Positions 50,382-59,818 of a stretch of DNA of 64,000 bases are shown here, in pieces. How positions within the stretch are numbered: the stretch's first letter is position 1; each line of letters opens with the position of its first letter. Made by a program: the position numbers and the translations under genes. The stretch covers positions 2,179 through 66,178 of the forward strand of contig NZ_JAUSNR010000014.1 of NCBI RefSeq assembly GCF_030656345.1, in the 5' to 3' direction. Below the pieces are notes generated by a model. That model was not told where the DNA came from. It saw only the letters and a program-made list of their open reading frames with translations, and did no database searches. Source of the DNA: Pseudotabrizicola sp. GTDB lineage: Bacteria > Pseudomonadota > Alphaproteobacteria > Rhodobacterales > Rhodobacteraceae.

Positions 50382-52907
50382 ATGGCGCTGCAGGAATATC
50401 AGCAAAAGCGCGACTTCTCGGCAACCTCAGAGCCGAAGGGCAAGCGGGCGCGCAAACGCGGTGACAGCTTTGTCATCCAGAAACACGCGGCGCGGCGGCT
50501 GCACTACGATCTGCGGCTGGAAATGGACGGCGTGCTGCGCAGCTGGGCCGTGACGCGGGGGCCAAGTCTGGTGGCGGGCGAAAAGCGGCTGGCCGTGCAT
50601 GTCGAAGATCACCCGCTGGACTACGGAGATTTTGAGGGCACGATCCCCAAAGGCTCCTATGGTGCCGGCACGGTCATCGTCTGGGATCGCGGCACCTGGG
50701 CCCCGGTCGGCGATGCGGCGAAGGGGTACGCCAAAGGGCATCTGGAGTTTGAGCTTACCGGCGAAAAGCTGGGCGGTCGCTGGCATCTGGTGCGCATGCA
50801 GGGAAAGCGCGGTGAGAAACGCGAAAACTGGCTGCTGATCAAGGCAGATGACAGCTTTGCCCAACCCGATGACGCGCCGGATATTCTGACCGACCGGCCA
50901 GACTCGGTGAAGACTGGACGCGGGATTGATGCGGTGGCGGCTGGGGCAGAACCGCAGCCGCCAGAGCCAGACCCAAAGCGCAGGAAGACCGCGCCGAAAC
51001 CCGACCCGGCAACGGCTGATGAACCCGGTGAGACCCCTGACCCCGCACAGGTGAAGGGCGCAAAAAAGGCCGCGATGCCGGAGTTTGTCGAGCCGATGCT
51101 GGCAACGCTCGCCCCCGCAGCCCCCACCGGCGCGCGCTGGCTGCATGAGATCAAATTTGATGGCTATCGCCTGCAGGCAAGGATCGAAGCCGGGGGTGTC
51201 AGGCTGCTGACCCGCAGCGGGCTGGACTGGACGGACAGGTTCGACGGCCCGCTGCTCAAGGACCTGAAATCTCTGCCATTGAAAAACGCGATCATCGACG
51301 GCGAGCTGGTTGTGGAAACCGGCACCGGCGCGTCGGACTTTTCGGCGCTGCAGGCGGATCTGAGCGAAGGCCGCGCCGACCGGTTCCGGTTCTACGCCTT
51401 CGATCTGATCTATCTGGACGGATTTGATCTGCGCGCCGTGCCGCTGGTCCGCCGGAAAGCCCTGTTGGAACAGGCTCTGACAGAGGCGGGCCAGACTCTG
51501 CACTACAGCACGCATTTCGATGAGGGCGGGGCGCTGGTGCTGCGCCATGCCTGCCGCTTGAGTCTGGAAGGCATCGTGTCGAAACTGGCCGATGCCCCCT
51601 ATCGCAGCGGGCGGGCGAAAAGCTGGATCAAATCCAAATGCTCGGCCCGGCAGGAATTCGTGATCGGCGGCTATACCCCGTCAAGCACGTCGCGGCAGGC
51701 GATCGGGTCGCTGGTGCTGGGGGTGTATGAGGGCGATGCGTTGCAGCACGTCGGGCGGGTCGGAACCGGGTTCACCGCAAAGGTGGCCGAGGATCTGTTT
51801 GCGCGGCTGGAGGCGATAGCCGCCCCTGACAGCCCGTTTGCCGACACGCTGACGCGGCAGCAGGCCAGCGGGTTGCGCTATGTGCACCCTGAACTGGTGG
51901 CCGAGGTCGAGTTCCGGGCGTGGACGGCGGACGGCCATCTGCGCCACGCCTCGTTTCGCGGGCTGCGTGAGGACAAGCCCGCCGCCGAGATTACGCGCGA
52001 ACAGCCTGCGACGAAACCGCCGGGCAAATCCGCTTTGCCGCGCCCGACGGTCAAGCTGACTCATCCCGATAGGGTGTACTGGCCTGAAACCGGTGTCACC
52101 AAGGAAGGGCTGGCCGATTACTACACCGAAGTCTGGTCCAGAATGGCACCTTACGTTGTGAACCGCCCGCTTGCCCTGCTGCGCTGTCCCGAAGGCATCA
52201 ACGGGCAGACCTTCTTTCAAAAACACGCCTGGCGGGGGATCAGCGCCAAGATTGATCAGGTCAAAGACCCCAAGCCCGGGTCAGGCGCGCTGATCAGCAT
52301 CAGCTCGCTGGATGGCTTGATTGCCCTGGTCCAGTCGGCGGTGCTGGAAATCCATCCCTGGGGGGTGACGCTGGACGATTGGGAACGGCCCGACACCATT
52401 GTGATGGATCTTGACCCCGGCGAGGGGGTCGGCTGGTCACAGGTGATCGACGCGGCACTTGAGGTGCGCGAACGCCTGTCAGACGCTGGCCTGAGTGCTT
52501 TTGTCAAAACATCCGGCGGCAAGGGCCTGCATGTGGTGGCGCCGCTGAAGCCGCATGCGCGCTGGCCCGAGGTCAAGGCCTTTACCAAAGCAGTGGCAAC
52601 CGCGATGGCAGCAGATGCGCCGGATCGCTATGTTGCCACCATCGCCAAAGCAAAACGGCGCGGCAAAATCCTGATCGACTATCTGCGCAACCAGCGCGGC
52701 GCGACGGCCGTGGCGGCCTATTCCACACGTGCCAGGCCGGGGGCTGCGGTCTCTGCCCCGCTGAGCTGGCAAGAGCTTGGCCCCGACATAGGGCCGGACC
52801 ATTTCACAGTGCGCAACCTGAGCAACCGGCTGGCAATGCTGTCGGCGGACCCGTGGCAGGGCTATCATGATGCGGCCGTGCCCCTGAAGCCGCAGCGTGC
52901 AAAATAG
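50382..52907 (+). CDS. ligD: DNA ligase D (phosphoesterase-ligase-polymerase)
   Basis: QKHAARRLHYDLRLE; EIKFDGYR; EGIVSK; DLDP, SGGKGLH, DYLRN. Confidence 0.97.
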   Translation: MALQEYQQKRDFSATSEPKGKRARKRGDSFVIQKHAARRLHYDLRLEMDGVLRSWAVTRGPSLVAGEKRLAVHVEDHPLDYGDFEGTIPKGSYGAGTVIVWDRGTWAPVGDAAKGYAKGHLEFELTGEKLGGRWHLVRMQGKRGEKRENWLLIKADDSFAQPDDAPDILTDRPDSVKTGRGIDAVAAGAEPQPPEPDPKRRKTAPKPDPATADEPGETPDPAQVKGAKKAAMPEFVEPMLATLAPAAPTGARWLHEIKFDGYRLQARIEAGGVRLLTRSGLDWTDRFDGPLLKDLKSLPLKNAIIDGELVVETGTGASDFSALQADLSEGRADRFRFYAFDLIYLDGFDLRAVPLVRRKALLEQALTEAGQTLHYSTHFDEGGALVLRHACRLSLEGIVSKLADAPYRSGRAKSWIKSKCSARQEFVIGGYTPSSTSRQAIGSLVLGVYEGDALQHVGRVGTGFTAKVAEDLFARLEAIAAPDSPFADTLTRQQASGLRYVHPELVAEVEFRAWTADGHLRHASFRGLREDKPAAEITREQPATKPPGKSALPRPTVKLTHPDRVYWPETGVTKEGLADYYTEVWSRMAPYVVNRPLALLRCPEGINGQTFFQKHAWRGISAKIDQVKDPKPGSGALISISSLDGLIALVQSAVLEIHPWGVTLDDWERPDTIVMDLDPGEGVGWSQVIDAALEVRERLSDAGLSAFVKTSGGKGLHVVAPLKPHARWPEVKAFTKAVATAMAADAPDRYVATIAKAKRRGKILIDYLRNQRGATAVAAYSTRARPGAAVSAPLSWQELGPDIGPDHFTVRNLSNRLAMLSADPWQGYHDAAVPLKPQRAK

Positions 52908-52943
52908 CAGCGTCGCCTCAGACTTTCCGGATGATACGCCCGC

Positions 52944-53906
52944 CTAACCTTCCAGAAACCGCGCGGGACCGGCAGAAAGAAACCGCTCGGCAAGCTGCAC
53001 AGTCTGGGCGGTATAGTGTGCCGCCCCGATCTCGCGCGCGGTTTCGCTGTCGGCGCGGGTGCCCAGCCAGGCCGTCAGCAACACCCGGCGCAGCATCACC
53101 AGAACCGGCAGGACCGCTCGGTCTTCAGCTGTCAGCGCGGCCACACGCGCATAGCCCGCACACCAGTGCCGGGCAAGCTCCGGCAGGCGGGGATCGGTTT
53201 CGATGAAAGACACGGCAGAGGCAAAGTCATACATCGCCCAGCCAAAGCCGCAATCGTCAAAGTCGATCACCCACAGCCCCTCCACGTCGATCAGCAGGTT
53301 GGCCAGCCGCAGATCGGCGTGGATCAGGCCAAAACGGTCGGCACCTTGCCCGTAGGCCGCAAGCAGGCGAGTCAGCTCGGCGGCCAGCCGGATCAGCACC
53401 GGATGCGCGGCGTGGTCCATCCCGGGTGCTGCCCGCCAGTCGCCCCAATGCGGCCGGGGGCCGAGGATGGTGTCGGTGTCCCAGCGTTTACGGGCAAAGC
53501 CGGGCGGTCGGGGCCAGTGCCGGGCATGGAGGTGCAGCCGTGCGGTCGCCGCGCCCAAAGTCTCGAACCATGGGGCGAGGTCGTCGTCGGCCTTGGGTTC
53601 GCGTCCCGCAATATGGGCAAATGCCACCACATGCCGCCCGCCTGCAATCTGGATCATCCCGCCCGCGGCGTCGGCCAGCGGGCGCACGCAGCGCAGCCCG
53701 GTCTGACCGTCAAGCGCGGTCAGCCATGCAAGTTCGGCGGCAATCTCGGCGCGACTGTGATAGCCCGCGCGGTGATGGCGCAGGACGATCAGCCTGTCGC
53801 CCTCGCCCGCCAGCCAGGTTTCGTTTTCCGATCGGTTCAGCAGCCGCAACGGCGCGTCGGGCGGCAAACCGTATAGCGGCAACAGCGCCCGCAGTGCGTC
53901 AGTCAT
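52944..53906 (-). CDS. APH/choline-kinase-fold phosphotransferase
   Basis: SEN, ELAWL, HADLRLANLL (HxDxxxxN), IDFDDC; start overlaps the cobF stop (ATGACTGA). Confidence 0.88.
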   Translation of the reverse strand: MTDALRALLPLYGLPPDAPLRLLNRSENETWLAGEGDRLIVLRHHRAGYHSRAEIAAELAWLTALDGQTGLRCVRPLADAAGGMIQIAGGRHVVAFAHIAGREPKADDDLAPWFETLGAATARLHLHARHWPRPPGFARKRWDTDTILGPRPHWGDWRAAPGMDHAAHPVLIRLAAELTRLLAAYGQGADRFGLIHADLRLANLLIDVEGLWVIDFDDCGFGWAMYDFASAVSFIETDPRLPELARHWCAGYARVAALTAEDRAVLPVLVMLRRVLLTAWLGTRADSETAREIGAAHYTAQTVQLAERFLSAGPARFLEG

Positions 53907-54660
53907 CGGGCATCTCCCGTCGCAGCAGATAAATGTCCATGATCCAGCCATGCAGGGCGCGCAGCCGGGCCCGTTCGGCGGTGATGTGCGGTGCCGTGGC
54001 TGCAAGCGGACCCTGAAACAGGCTCTCCTGCGCAAGCCCCAGATAGGCACCCCACCAGATGTGCAGGCCGCACGGGTCCAGCACCTCATACGCCATACCC
54101 GCATCCAGCATCACTGCCACCGATACCGCCCCCTCTGGCCAACCTCCGGCGCGCAGCAGGCGCCCGGTGGTGATGGTGACGGGAGACGCCAGAGTATTCA
54201 GCGGGATGGCATGGGCGGCGGTCAGCGCCTGCAGGCTGGTGATGCCCGGCAGCACCTTCACGCTCAGCGCGCCGCCGCCTGCACCCAGCCGACCGGCAAT
54301 GCGCAGGCTGCTGTCGTATAGCGACGGGTCACCCCAGACCATCAGCGCCACATCACCGCCCTGCGGCAGATGGCGGGCGATGGTGTCGGTCCAGACCTTC
54401 GCGATGGCCTCGTGCCAGTCGTCCACCGCCAGCCGATACTCCGCCCCCGCAGCGCGGCGGGGCATGTCGAATTCCGCCACGGGTACCGGGGCGGTTATCA
54501 CCTCGGCCAGTATGGCACGGCGCAGGTCGGCAAGATCTGCCTTGTCCGGACCTTTGCAGGGCAACAGGATCAGGTCAGCTGCGTTCAGCGCGCGCACCGC
54601 TGCCCGGGTCAGGTGGTCGGGGTTGCCGGTGCCGATGCCGATCAGGTGAAGGGTGATCAT
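53899..54660 (-). CDS. cobF: Precorrin-6A synthase (deacetylating)
   Basis: IGIGTGNPDHLT, VDDWH, WGDPSLYDS, WWGAYLG, GWIMDIYLL. Confidence 0.93.
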   Translation of the reverse strand: MITLHLIGIGTGNPDHLTRAAVRALNAADLILLPCKGPDKADLADLRRAILAEVITAPVPVAEFDMPRRAAGAEYRLAVDDWHEAIAKVWTDTIARHLPQGGDVALMVWGDPSLYDSSLRIAGRLGAGGGALSVKVLPGITSLQALTAAHAIPLNTLASPVTITTGRLLRAGGWPEGAVSVAVMLDAGMAYEVLDPCGLHIWWGAYLGLAQESLFQGPLAATAPHITAERARLRALHGWIMDIYLLRREMPDD

Positions 54661-54676
54661 CGCTTGTCCTCAAAGA

Positions 54677-54703
54677 CTGCGGCCCCGGCACGCGGGGCCG
54701 CAG
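54677..54703. other. Intergenic stem-loop inside the cob operon
   Basis: CTGCGGCCCCG-N5-CGGGGCCGCAG. Confidence 0.55.
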
Positions 54704-54712
54704 CGGTTCAGA

Positions 54713-55393
54713 TCACGGGGCTGCGCTGTGCAGGCGGCGGGTCACAAGGCCGGTGCCCGACAGACCGCGCAGCGCCTTGGCCCCGGCCAGAACCGCCAGA
54801 TCCACCAGCGGCTCCAGCACCACCACCAGCATATAGGCCGCGCCAAAGCTGGCCACGGCGGTCAGGTTGGCGGCCTCGAAGCCCTGACCATAGATCGCCC
54901 AGAAAGCCACCCAGGCCACCACGCCGCCCTGAAACGCGACCGACAGCGCCAGCACCTGCCCGTATTTCAGATCAACATAGGCCGTTTGCGCCGGGATGAT
55001 CCGCTTGGCCAGTGTCTGGATGGCGAACAGCGGCAGCAGAAGTGTGGTCACATTCATCCCATATTGCGGCAGATCGAAGGGCGCGAAGAACAGCCCCTGC
55101 ACCAGCAGGCCAAGCGCAAGGCCGATTGCCGCAGGCCCCGCGCCGAACAGCAGGAACAGAGTGCTGCCAAGGATCAGGTGAACCTCGGACACGCCGACCG
55201 GATAATGCGGCAGAACCTCGAAAAAGCAAAAGACCAGCGCGGTTGCCGCTGCCGACCGGGCGGCCAGCCCGCCGATCCCCGCCTCGCGCAGCGCCTCGGC
55301 GGCGAGTTTCAGGGAATATAGCCCAGCCCCGGCGGCGGTGGCATAGGACAGGATGATCTTGGTGCCAGAGACGACGTGTTCTTCGATATGCAT
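54713..55393 (-). CDS. CbiM-like cobalt transporter component
   Basis: N-terminal MHI, GVSEVHLILG, GLFFAPFDLPQYGMN. Confidence 0.85.
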   Translation of the reverse strand: MHIEEHVVSGTKIILSYATAAGAGLYSLKLAAEALREAGIGGLAARSAAATALVFCFFEVLPHYPVGVSEVHLILGSTLFLLFGAGPAAIGLALGLLVQGLFFAPFDLPQYGMNVTTLLLPLFAIQTLAKRIIPAQTAYVDLKYGQVLALSVAFQGGVVAWVAFWAIYGQGFEAANLTAVASFGAAYMLVVVLEPLVDLAVLAGAKALRGLSGTGLVTRRLHSAAP

Positions 55394-55452
55394 GGAAAGG
55401 CTCCTTATGTGGTCTGGGTTGCAGTGGTCTGGTCAGGATGGCTTCGCGGCGG

Positions 55453-56178
55453 TCATGGCAAACCTTCCGCCAGCGGGCCGTAAAGGATCACGGCGGGGTG
55501 GCTGCCGGGGTCGGCGGCCAGGCGGTCGGCCAGTTGCGTGATCGTGCTGCGCAGCAGGTGTTGTTCAGGATGGCCCACCGCCTCGGCCAGCAGCGCCGGG
55601 GTGTCGGGCGACAGTCCGGCGGCGACCAGCCGCAGAACAAGCGCGGGAAAGGTGCGGCGACCCATATAGACGACCGTCATCGCCAGCGGATCGGCAAGAG
55701 CGGCAAGGTTCAGCTCATCTGGCAGGCCACCTGTGACATCGGCCCCGGTGACGAACTGCACGCGCCGCGCGTTCAGGCGCCGGGTCAGCGGCAGCCCCGC
55801 CGCTGCGGCCGCGGCACAGGCCGACGGCACGCCGGGAATGATCTCATAGCCGATGCCGGCGGCATTCAGCGCCGTCAGCTCTTCCTCCAGCCGCCCGAAC
55901 AGACCGGCATCGCCGGATTTCAGCCGCACCACCCGTGCGCCGGTCAGGGCATAGTCCACCAGCAGGCGGCTGACGTGGTCCTGTCTGGGTGAGGCGCGAC
56001 CGGCCCGTTTGCCCACCGCCACCAGATCGGCCCCGTCGCGGGCATGGTGCAGGATCGGCCCGGCGGACAGGTCATCGAACAGCACCGCATCGGCAGCTTT
56101 CAGCCGCGCCACTGCCTTCAGCGTCAGCAGCTCCGGATCTCCCGGCCCGGACGAGACGAACGAGACAAAGCCGGTCAT
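55453..56178 (-). CDS. cobA: Uroporphyrinogen-III C-methyltransferase
   Basis: GPGDPELLTLKA, VGKR, RLKSGD, YMG. Confidence 0.93.
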   Translation of the reverse strand: MTGFVSFVSSGPGDPELLTLKAVARLKAADAVLFDDLSAGPILHHARDGADLVAVGKRAGRASPRQDHVSRLLVDYALTGARVVRLKSGDAGLFGRLEEELTALNAAGIGYEIIPGVPSACAAAAAAGLPLTRRLNARRVQFVTGADVTGGLPDELNLAALADPLAMTVVYMGRRTFPALVLRLVAAGLSPDTPALLAEAVGHPEQHLLRSTITQLADRLAADPGSHPAVILYGPLAEGLP

Positions 56179-56179
56179 G

Positions 56180-57499
56180 TCATGCCCCTGCGATCAGGTG
56201 AAAGAAGCTGCCACTGGCCCGCCCGCGACAGGACCCGGTTTCAGCAACCGGCGTGCCGGTGGCGTCCACAACATCGGCCAGCGGCGCATCGGGTTGCGAC
56301 AGGATGCGGGCGTAGTGGAATTCATGCCCGCGCAGGATATGGCCCTGCGCCAGCCCCGGCATCGGGCTCCGCAAGGTGGCCTGGCGGTAGCCCAGATGCA
56401 TCCGCCGCCGGGCATAGCTGGTTTCCAGACCCAGAAGCCCCGCCATCCGGTGCCGTTGGCCCGCCGCATCCTCCAGCCCCGCGCCCATTGCCATATAGCC
56501 GCCGCATTCGCCATGCACCGGACGGGTCTGTGCAAATGTCTGCAGGCGCGTGCGGAAACCGGCGGCAGCAGACAGCCGTCCGGCGTGCAGTTCCGGATAT
56601 CCACCGGGCAGCCAGCAGACATCTGCCGTCGGGTCCGGCCCTTCGTCCTGCAAGGGCGAGAACGGCAGGATCGTCGCCCCCGCCGCACGCCAGCCTGCGA
56701 CCATGTGGGGATAGACGAAGGAAAACGCGGCGTCGCGGGCCAGCGCGATCCGCTGGCCCGGCGGGGCAAGCGGGGCGGCAGGCGGCCCGTGTGGCACTTG
56801 CCCCGAGGCAGCCGCGATCAGGGCGTCAAGGTCGATGTGTTGCGCCACAAGCGCCGCTGCGTTGCGGATCAGGGCTTGCAGCCCCGTCTGCTCTTCGGCC
56901 TGCACCAGACCCAGATGGCGTTCGGGCATCGCGATGTCGGTCGCTCTGGGCAGCGCGCCAAAGACGCGCAGGCCCACGGCCTCTATCCCGGCGCGCACCA
57001 GCGCCTCGTGCCGGGGTGAGGCGGTGCGGTTCAGGATCACTCCCGCCACCGCCAGCCCAGGACGAAACCGCGCCAGCCCCTGCGCCACGGCGGCGGCGGT
57101 CTGCGCCTGTCCCGCCGGATTGATGACCAGCACCACGGGCCAGCGGAAATGTGCAGCAACCTCGGAGCTGGCCCCGGTGCCCCAGGCCCCCGCCGCTGCC
57201 ACGCCGTCGAACAGGCCCATCGAGCCTTCGGCCAGCACCAGATCGGCGCCCGCTGCCGTCGTTGCGGTGGCATTGATCAGCGCTTGCGGCATCGCCCAGC
57301 TGTCCAGATTGAACGAGTCGCGCCCTGTCGCCGCGCTGTGAAAGCCGGGGTCGATGTAGTCTGGCCCGGATTTGAAACAGTGCACGCTCAGGCCCCGGTC
57401 GCATAGCGCACGCGCCAGTCCCAGTGTCACGGTGGTTTTGCCCGCACCCGAGGCGGGGGCGGCGATCATCAGGCCGGGCGGAAATTGCTGCGGGGTCAT
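56180..57499 (-). CDS. cobB: Hydrogenobyrinate a,c-diamide synthase
   Basis: [41 protein letters not shown]. Confidence 0.95.
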   Translation of the reverse strand: MTPQQFPPGLMIAAPASGAGKTTVTLGLARALCDRGLSVHCFKSGPDYIDPGFHSAATGRDSFNLDSWAMPQALINATATTAAGADLVLAEGSMGLFDGVAAAGAWGTGASSEVAAHFRWPVVLVINPAGQAQTAAAVAQGLARFRPGLAVAGVILNRTASPRHEALVRAGIEAVGLRVFGALPRATDIAMPERHLGLVQAEEQTGLQALIRNAAALVAQHIDLDALIAAASGQVPHGPPAAPLAPPGQRIALARDAAFSFVYPHMVAGWRAAGATILPFSPLQDEGPDPTADVCWLPGGYPELHAGRLSAAAGFRTRLQTFAQTRPVHGECGGYMAMGAGLEDAAGQRHRMAGLLGLETSYARRRMHLGYRQATLRSPMPGLAQGHILRGHEFHYARILSQPDAPLADVVDATGTPVAETGSCRGRASGSFFHLIAGA

Positions 57500-58278
57500 A
57501 CACCCTCCGGAAAACGCGGGGAGGTGCCGGTAGGACGGAACCGCCGGTCGTAATCGGCGGCATAAAGGCGCGAGGTCTCAAAGGTTTCGGTGCCCAAAGT
57601 CCGGCCGACAAGAATGATCGCTGTGCGCTCCATCTGCCCGGCGATGGCCGCGTCCAGCGTGCCAAGCGTCGCGCGCGCCACCCGCTCATCCGGCCAGCTG
57701 GCCCGCCAGACCACGGCGACCGGGCAATCGCTGCCGTAATGCGGCGTCAACTCGGCCAGCACGCGGTCCAGCACATGCACCGACAGATGAATCGCCAGAA
57801 CGGCACCGGTGGCGGCAAAGGCGGCCAGGGTTTCCCCCGCAGGCATCGCCGAGGCGCGGCCCGAGGTGCGGGTCAGCACCACCGATTGCGCAAGGCCGGG
57901 CAGGGTCAGCTCTGCCCCCAGCGTCGCGGCAGCAGCGGCAAAGGCCGGCACACCGGGGGTGACAGTGTAGGGAATCTGCAGGGCGCGCAGCCGCCGCAAT
58001 TGTTCCCCCATCGCTGACCAGACCGACAGGTCGCCGGAATGCAGCCGCGCCACATCCTGCCCCGCATCATGGGCGTCGGCAATCTCGGCGATGATGTCAT
58101 TCAGGCTGAGTGAGGCGGTGTTGATGATCCGCGCGCCGGGCGGACAATGGGCCAGCACCGCTTGCGGTACCAGCGATCCGGCATAAAGGCACACCGGGCT
58201 GGCCGCGATCAGGTCGCGCCCGCGCAGGGTCAGAAGATCGGGCGCGCCGGGGCCTGCGCCGATGAAGTGGACGGTCAT
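57496..58278 (-). CDS. cobM: Precorrin-4 C11-methyltransferase
   Basis: [27 protein letters not shown]. Confidence 0.95.
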   Translation of the reverse strand: MTVHFIGAGPGAPDLLTLRGRDLIAASPVCLYAGSLVPQAVLAHCPPGARIINTASLSLNDIIAEIADAHDAGQDVARLHSGDLSVWSAMGEQLRRLRALQIPYTVTPGVPAFAAAAATLGAELTLPGLAQSVVLTRTSGRASAMPAGETLAAFAATGAVLAIHLSVHVLDRVLAELTPHYGSDCPVAVVWRASWPDERVARATLGTLDAAIAGQMERTAIILVGRTLGTETFETSRLYAADYDRRFRPTGTSPRFPEGV

Positions 58279-58640
58279 GGTGTGCTCCTTTCAGCAATGG
58301 CGCAGGTGGCGGTGCCGCAGGCCGACACCGCGCGCGGGCCGGTCAGCCGCGCGCCGGGGCCAGCGGCGGCAAGGGCTGCGGCTTCGGCCAGACTGTGCCG
58401 GCCATAGCGGGCAGGGGCATGGCCACTGGGGGTGGCGGGGGTGGCGCGCAGCGCGGGCAATCCGACGGCCAGCACCGGCAGATTCAGGGTGCGCGACAGG
58501 GCCGCAAAGACGGGGGCGGTCGCCTTGTCGGCGGCAGTGGCAAGGGCTGTCAGCCCTGCAGCTCCCCCCGCCGCGATCAGGGCGTCTTGCAGCGCGTCTG
58601 GCGTGGCGGCACCCCGGAAGCCGAATCCTGCGACTTTCAT
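58275..58640 (-). CDS. cobE: CobE/CbiG C-terminal-like protein
   Basis: [25 protein letters not shown]. Confidence 0.85.
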   Translation of the reverse strand: MKVAGFGFRGAATPDALQDALIAAGGAAGLTALATAADKATAPVFAALSRTLNLPVLAVGLPALRATPATPSGHAPARYGRHSLAEAAALAAAGPGARLTGPRAVSACGTATCAIAERSTP

Positions 58641-59818
58641 CGGGTGACGCTCCATTGCACGATGGGACGGGCCGGGGACCAGCCCCGTTTGCGGCCCAGC
58701 GGTTGCGCCGCGGCCAGCTCGATCCGCAGCAGGGTGCCGCCTTTGTCTGCATGCCACTGGCCAAGCAGGGCTTCGGCCTCCAGTGTCACCGCATTGGCAA
58801 CCAGACGGGTGCCGGGGGGAATGGCCTGCCAGAGCGCCTGCATCACCGGCGCGCTACTGCCGCCGCCCAGAAAGACCGCATCGGGGGATGGCAGCGTGCC
58901 GAAGATGTCGGGGGCCGCGCCCTGCACGACGGTCAGGCGGTGATCGACCCCAAAGGCGGCGGCATTGGCTGCGATGTTGGCCAGCCGGTCGGTGCGGGGC
59001 TCTGCCGCGTGGGCATGGCCGCCCGCAAGGCACCATTCCACCGACACCGACCCTGACCCGGCCCCGATGTCCCACAGCCGCGCACCGGGCCGAGGGGCCA
59101 GCGCCGACAGTGTGATCGACCGCACGGCGCTTCGGGTGATCTGGCCGTCATGGATGAACAGATCGTCAGGCAGGCCAAAGCCACGCGGCAGGCCGCTGCC
59201 GCCCGCCACAGTGATTGCAACAGCCACCGGCGTGGCAATGTCGGCCAATGGGCTGCAGGCAGCCGTGGTCTGCCGCACGCGCGCGCGCGGACCGCCGAGA
59301 CGTTCAAGCACGGTCAGCGCCGACGGGCCAAGACCAAGCGCGCACAGGTACCCGGCCATCTGTGCCACCGCGGCACCGTCGCGCATCAGGCAGATCAGCC
59401 GGGCACCTTGGGTCAGGAACCGCCTTGCGCGCGGCAGGGGCTGGGCGTGCAGGCCAAGGCAGGTCACCTCTTCCAGCCGCCAGCCCAGCCTTGCGGCGGC
59501 AAGCGCAAAGGTCGACGGCGCGGGGTAGGCCACCCAGTCATCCGGCGCCAGATCTGCGGCCAGACTGCCGCCTGCGCCGAACCAGAACGGATCGCCTGAG
59601 GCCAGCACCGCCACCCGCTGCCCGCGCAGCGCCAGAACGGGGGCCGCGCTGAACGGAACGGGCCAAGACTGGCCGCGTGCGCCGGCCTGCGCCAGATCAA
59701 GGTGGCGCGGCCCGCCGAACACCACATCTGCCCGCGCCAGCGCATCGCGGCTTGCATCGGACAGCCCGGCAAGGCCATCTTCGCCCAGACCGATGATTGC
59801 AAGCCAGGGCTCAGCCAT
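58637..59818 (-). CDS. cobL: Precorrin-6Y methyltransferase (decarboxylating)
   Basis: IGLGEDG, ASGDPFWFG, HDGQIT, WDIGAGSGS, NAVTLE. Confidence 0.93.
   Translation of the reverse strand: MAEPWLAIIGLGEDGLAGLSDASRDALARADVVFGGPRHLDLAQAGARGQSWPVPFSAAPVLALRGQRVAVLASGDPFWFGAGGSLAADLAPDDWVAYPAPSTFALAAARLGWRLEEVTCLGLHAQPLPRARRFLTQGARLICLMRDGAAVAQMAGYLCALGLGPSALTVLERLGGPRARVRQTTAACSPLADIATPVAVAITVAGGSGLPRGFGLPDDLFIHDGQITRSAVRSITLSALAPRPGARLWDIGAGSGSVSVEWCLAGGHAHAAEPRTDRLANIAANAAAFGVDHRLTVVQGAAPDIFGTLPSPDAVFLGGGSSAPVMQALWQAIPPGTRLVANAVTLEAEALLGQWHADKGGTLLRIELAAAQPLGRKRGWSPARPIVQWSVTR

Noticed and set aside
33400-52940. Stress island as a mobile element
   Set aside because: No integrase, transposase, terminal repeats or tRNA target seen; the Tyr-nucleophile enzyme has Topo IB motifs, not recombinase motifs.
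52944-53906. Aminoglycoside resistance gene
   Set aside because: It shares only the APH fold; the context is metabolic and it does not resemble clinical aph genes.
55394-55452. Cobalamin riboswitch before the cbiM-like gene
   Set aside because: The gap is too short and has no B12-box motif; any riboswitch would be upstream of cobN, outside the window.
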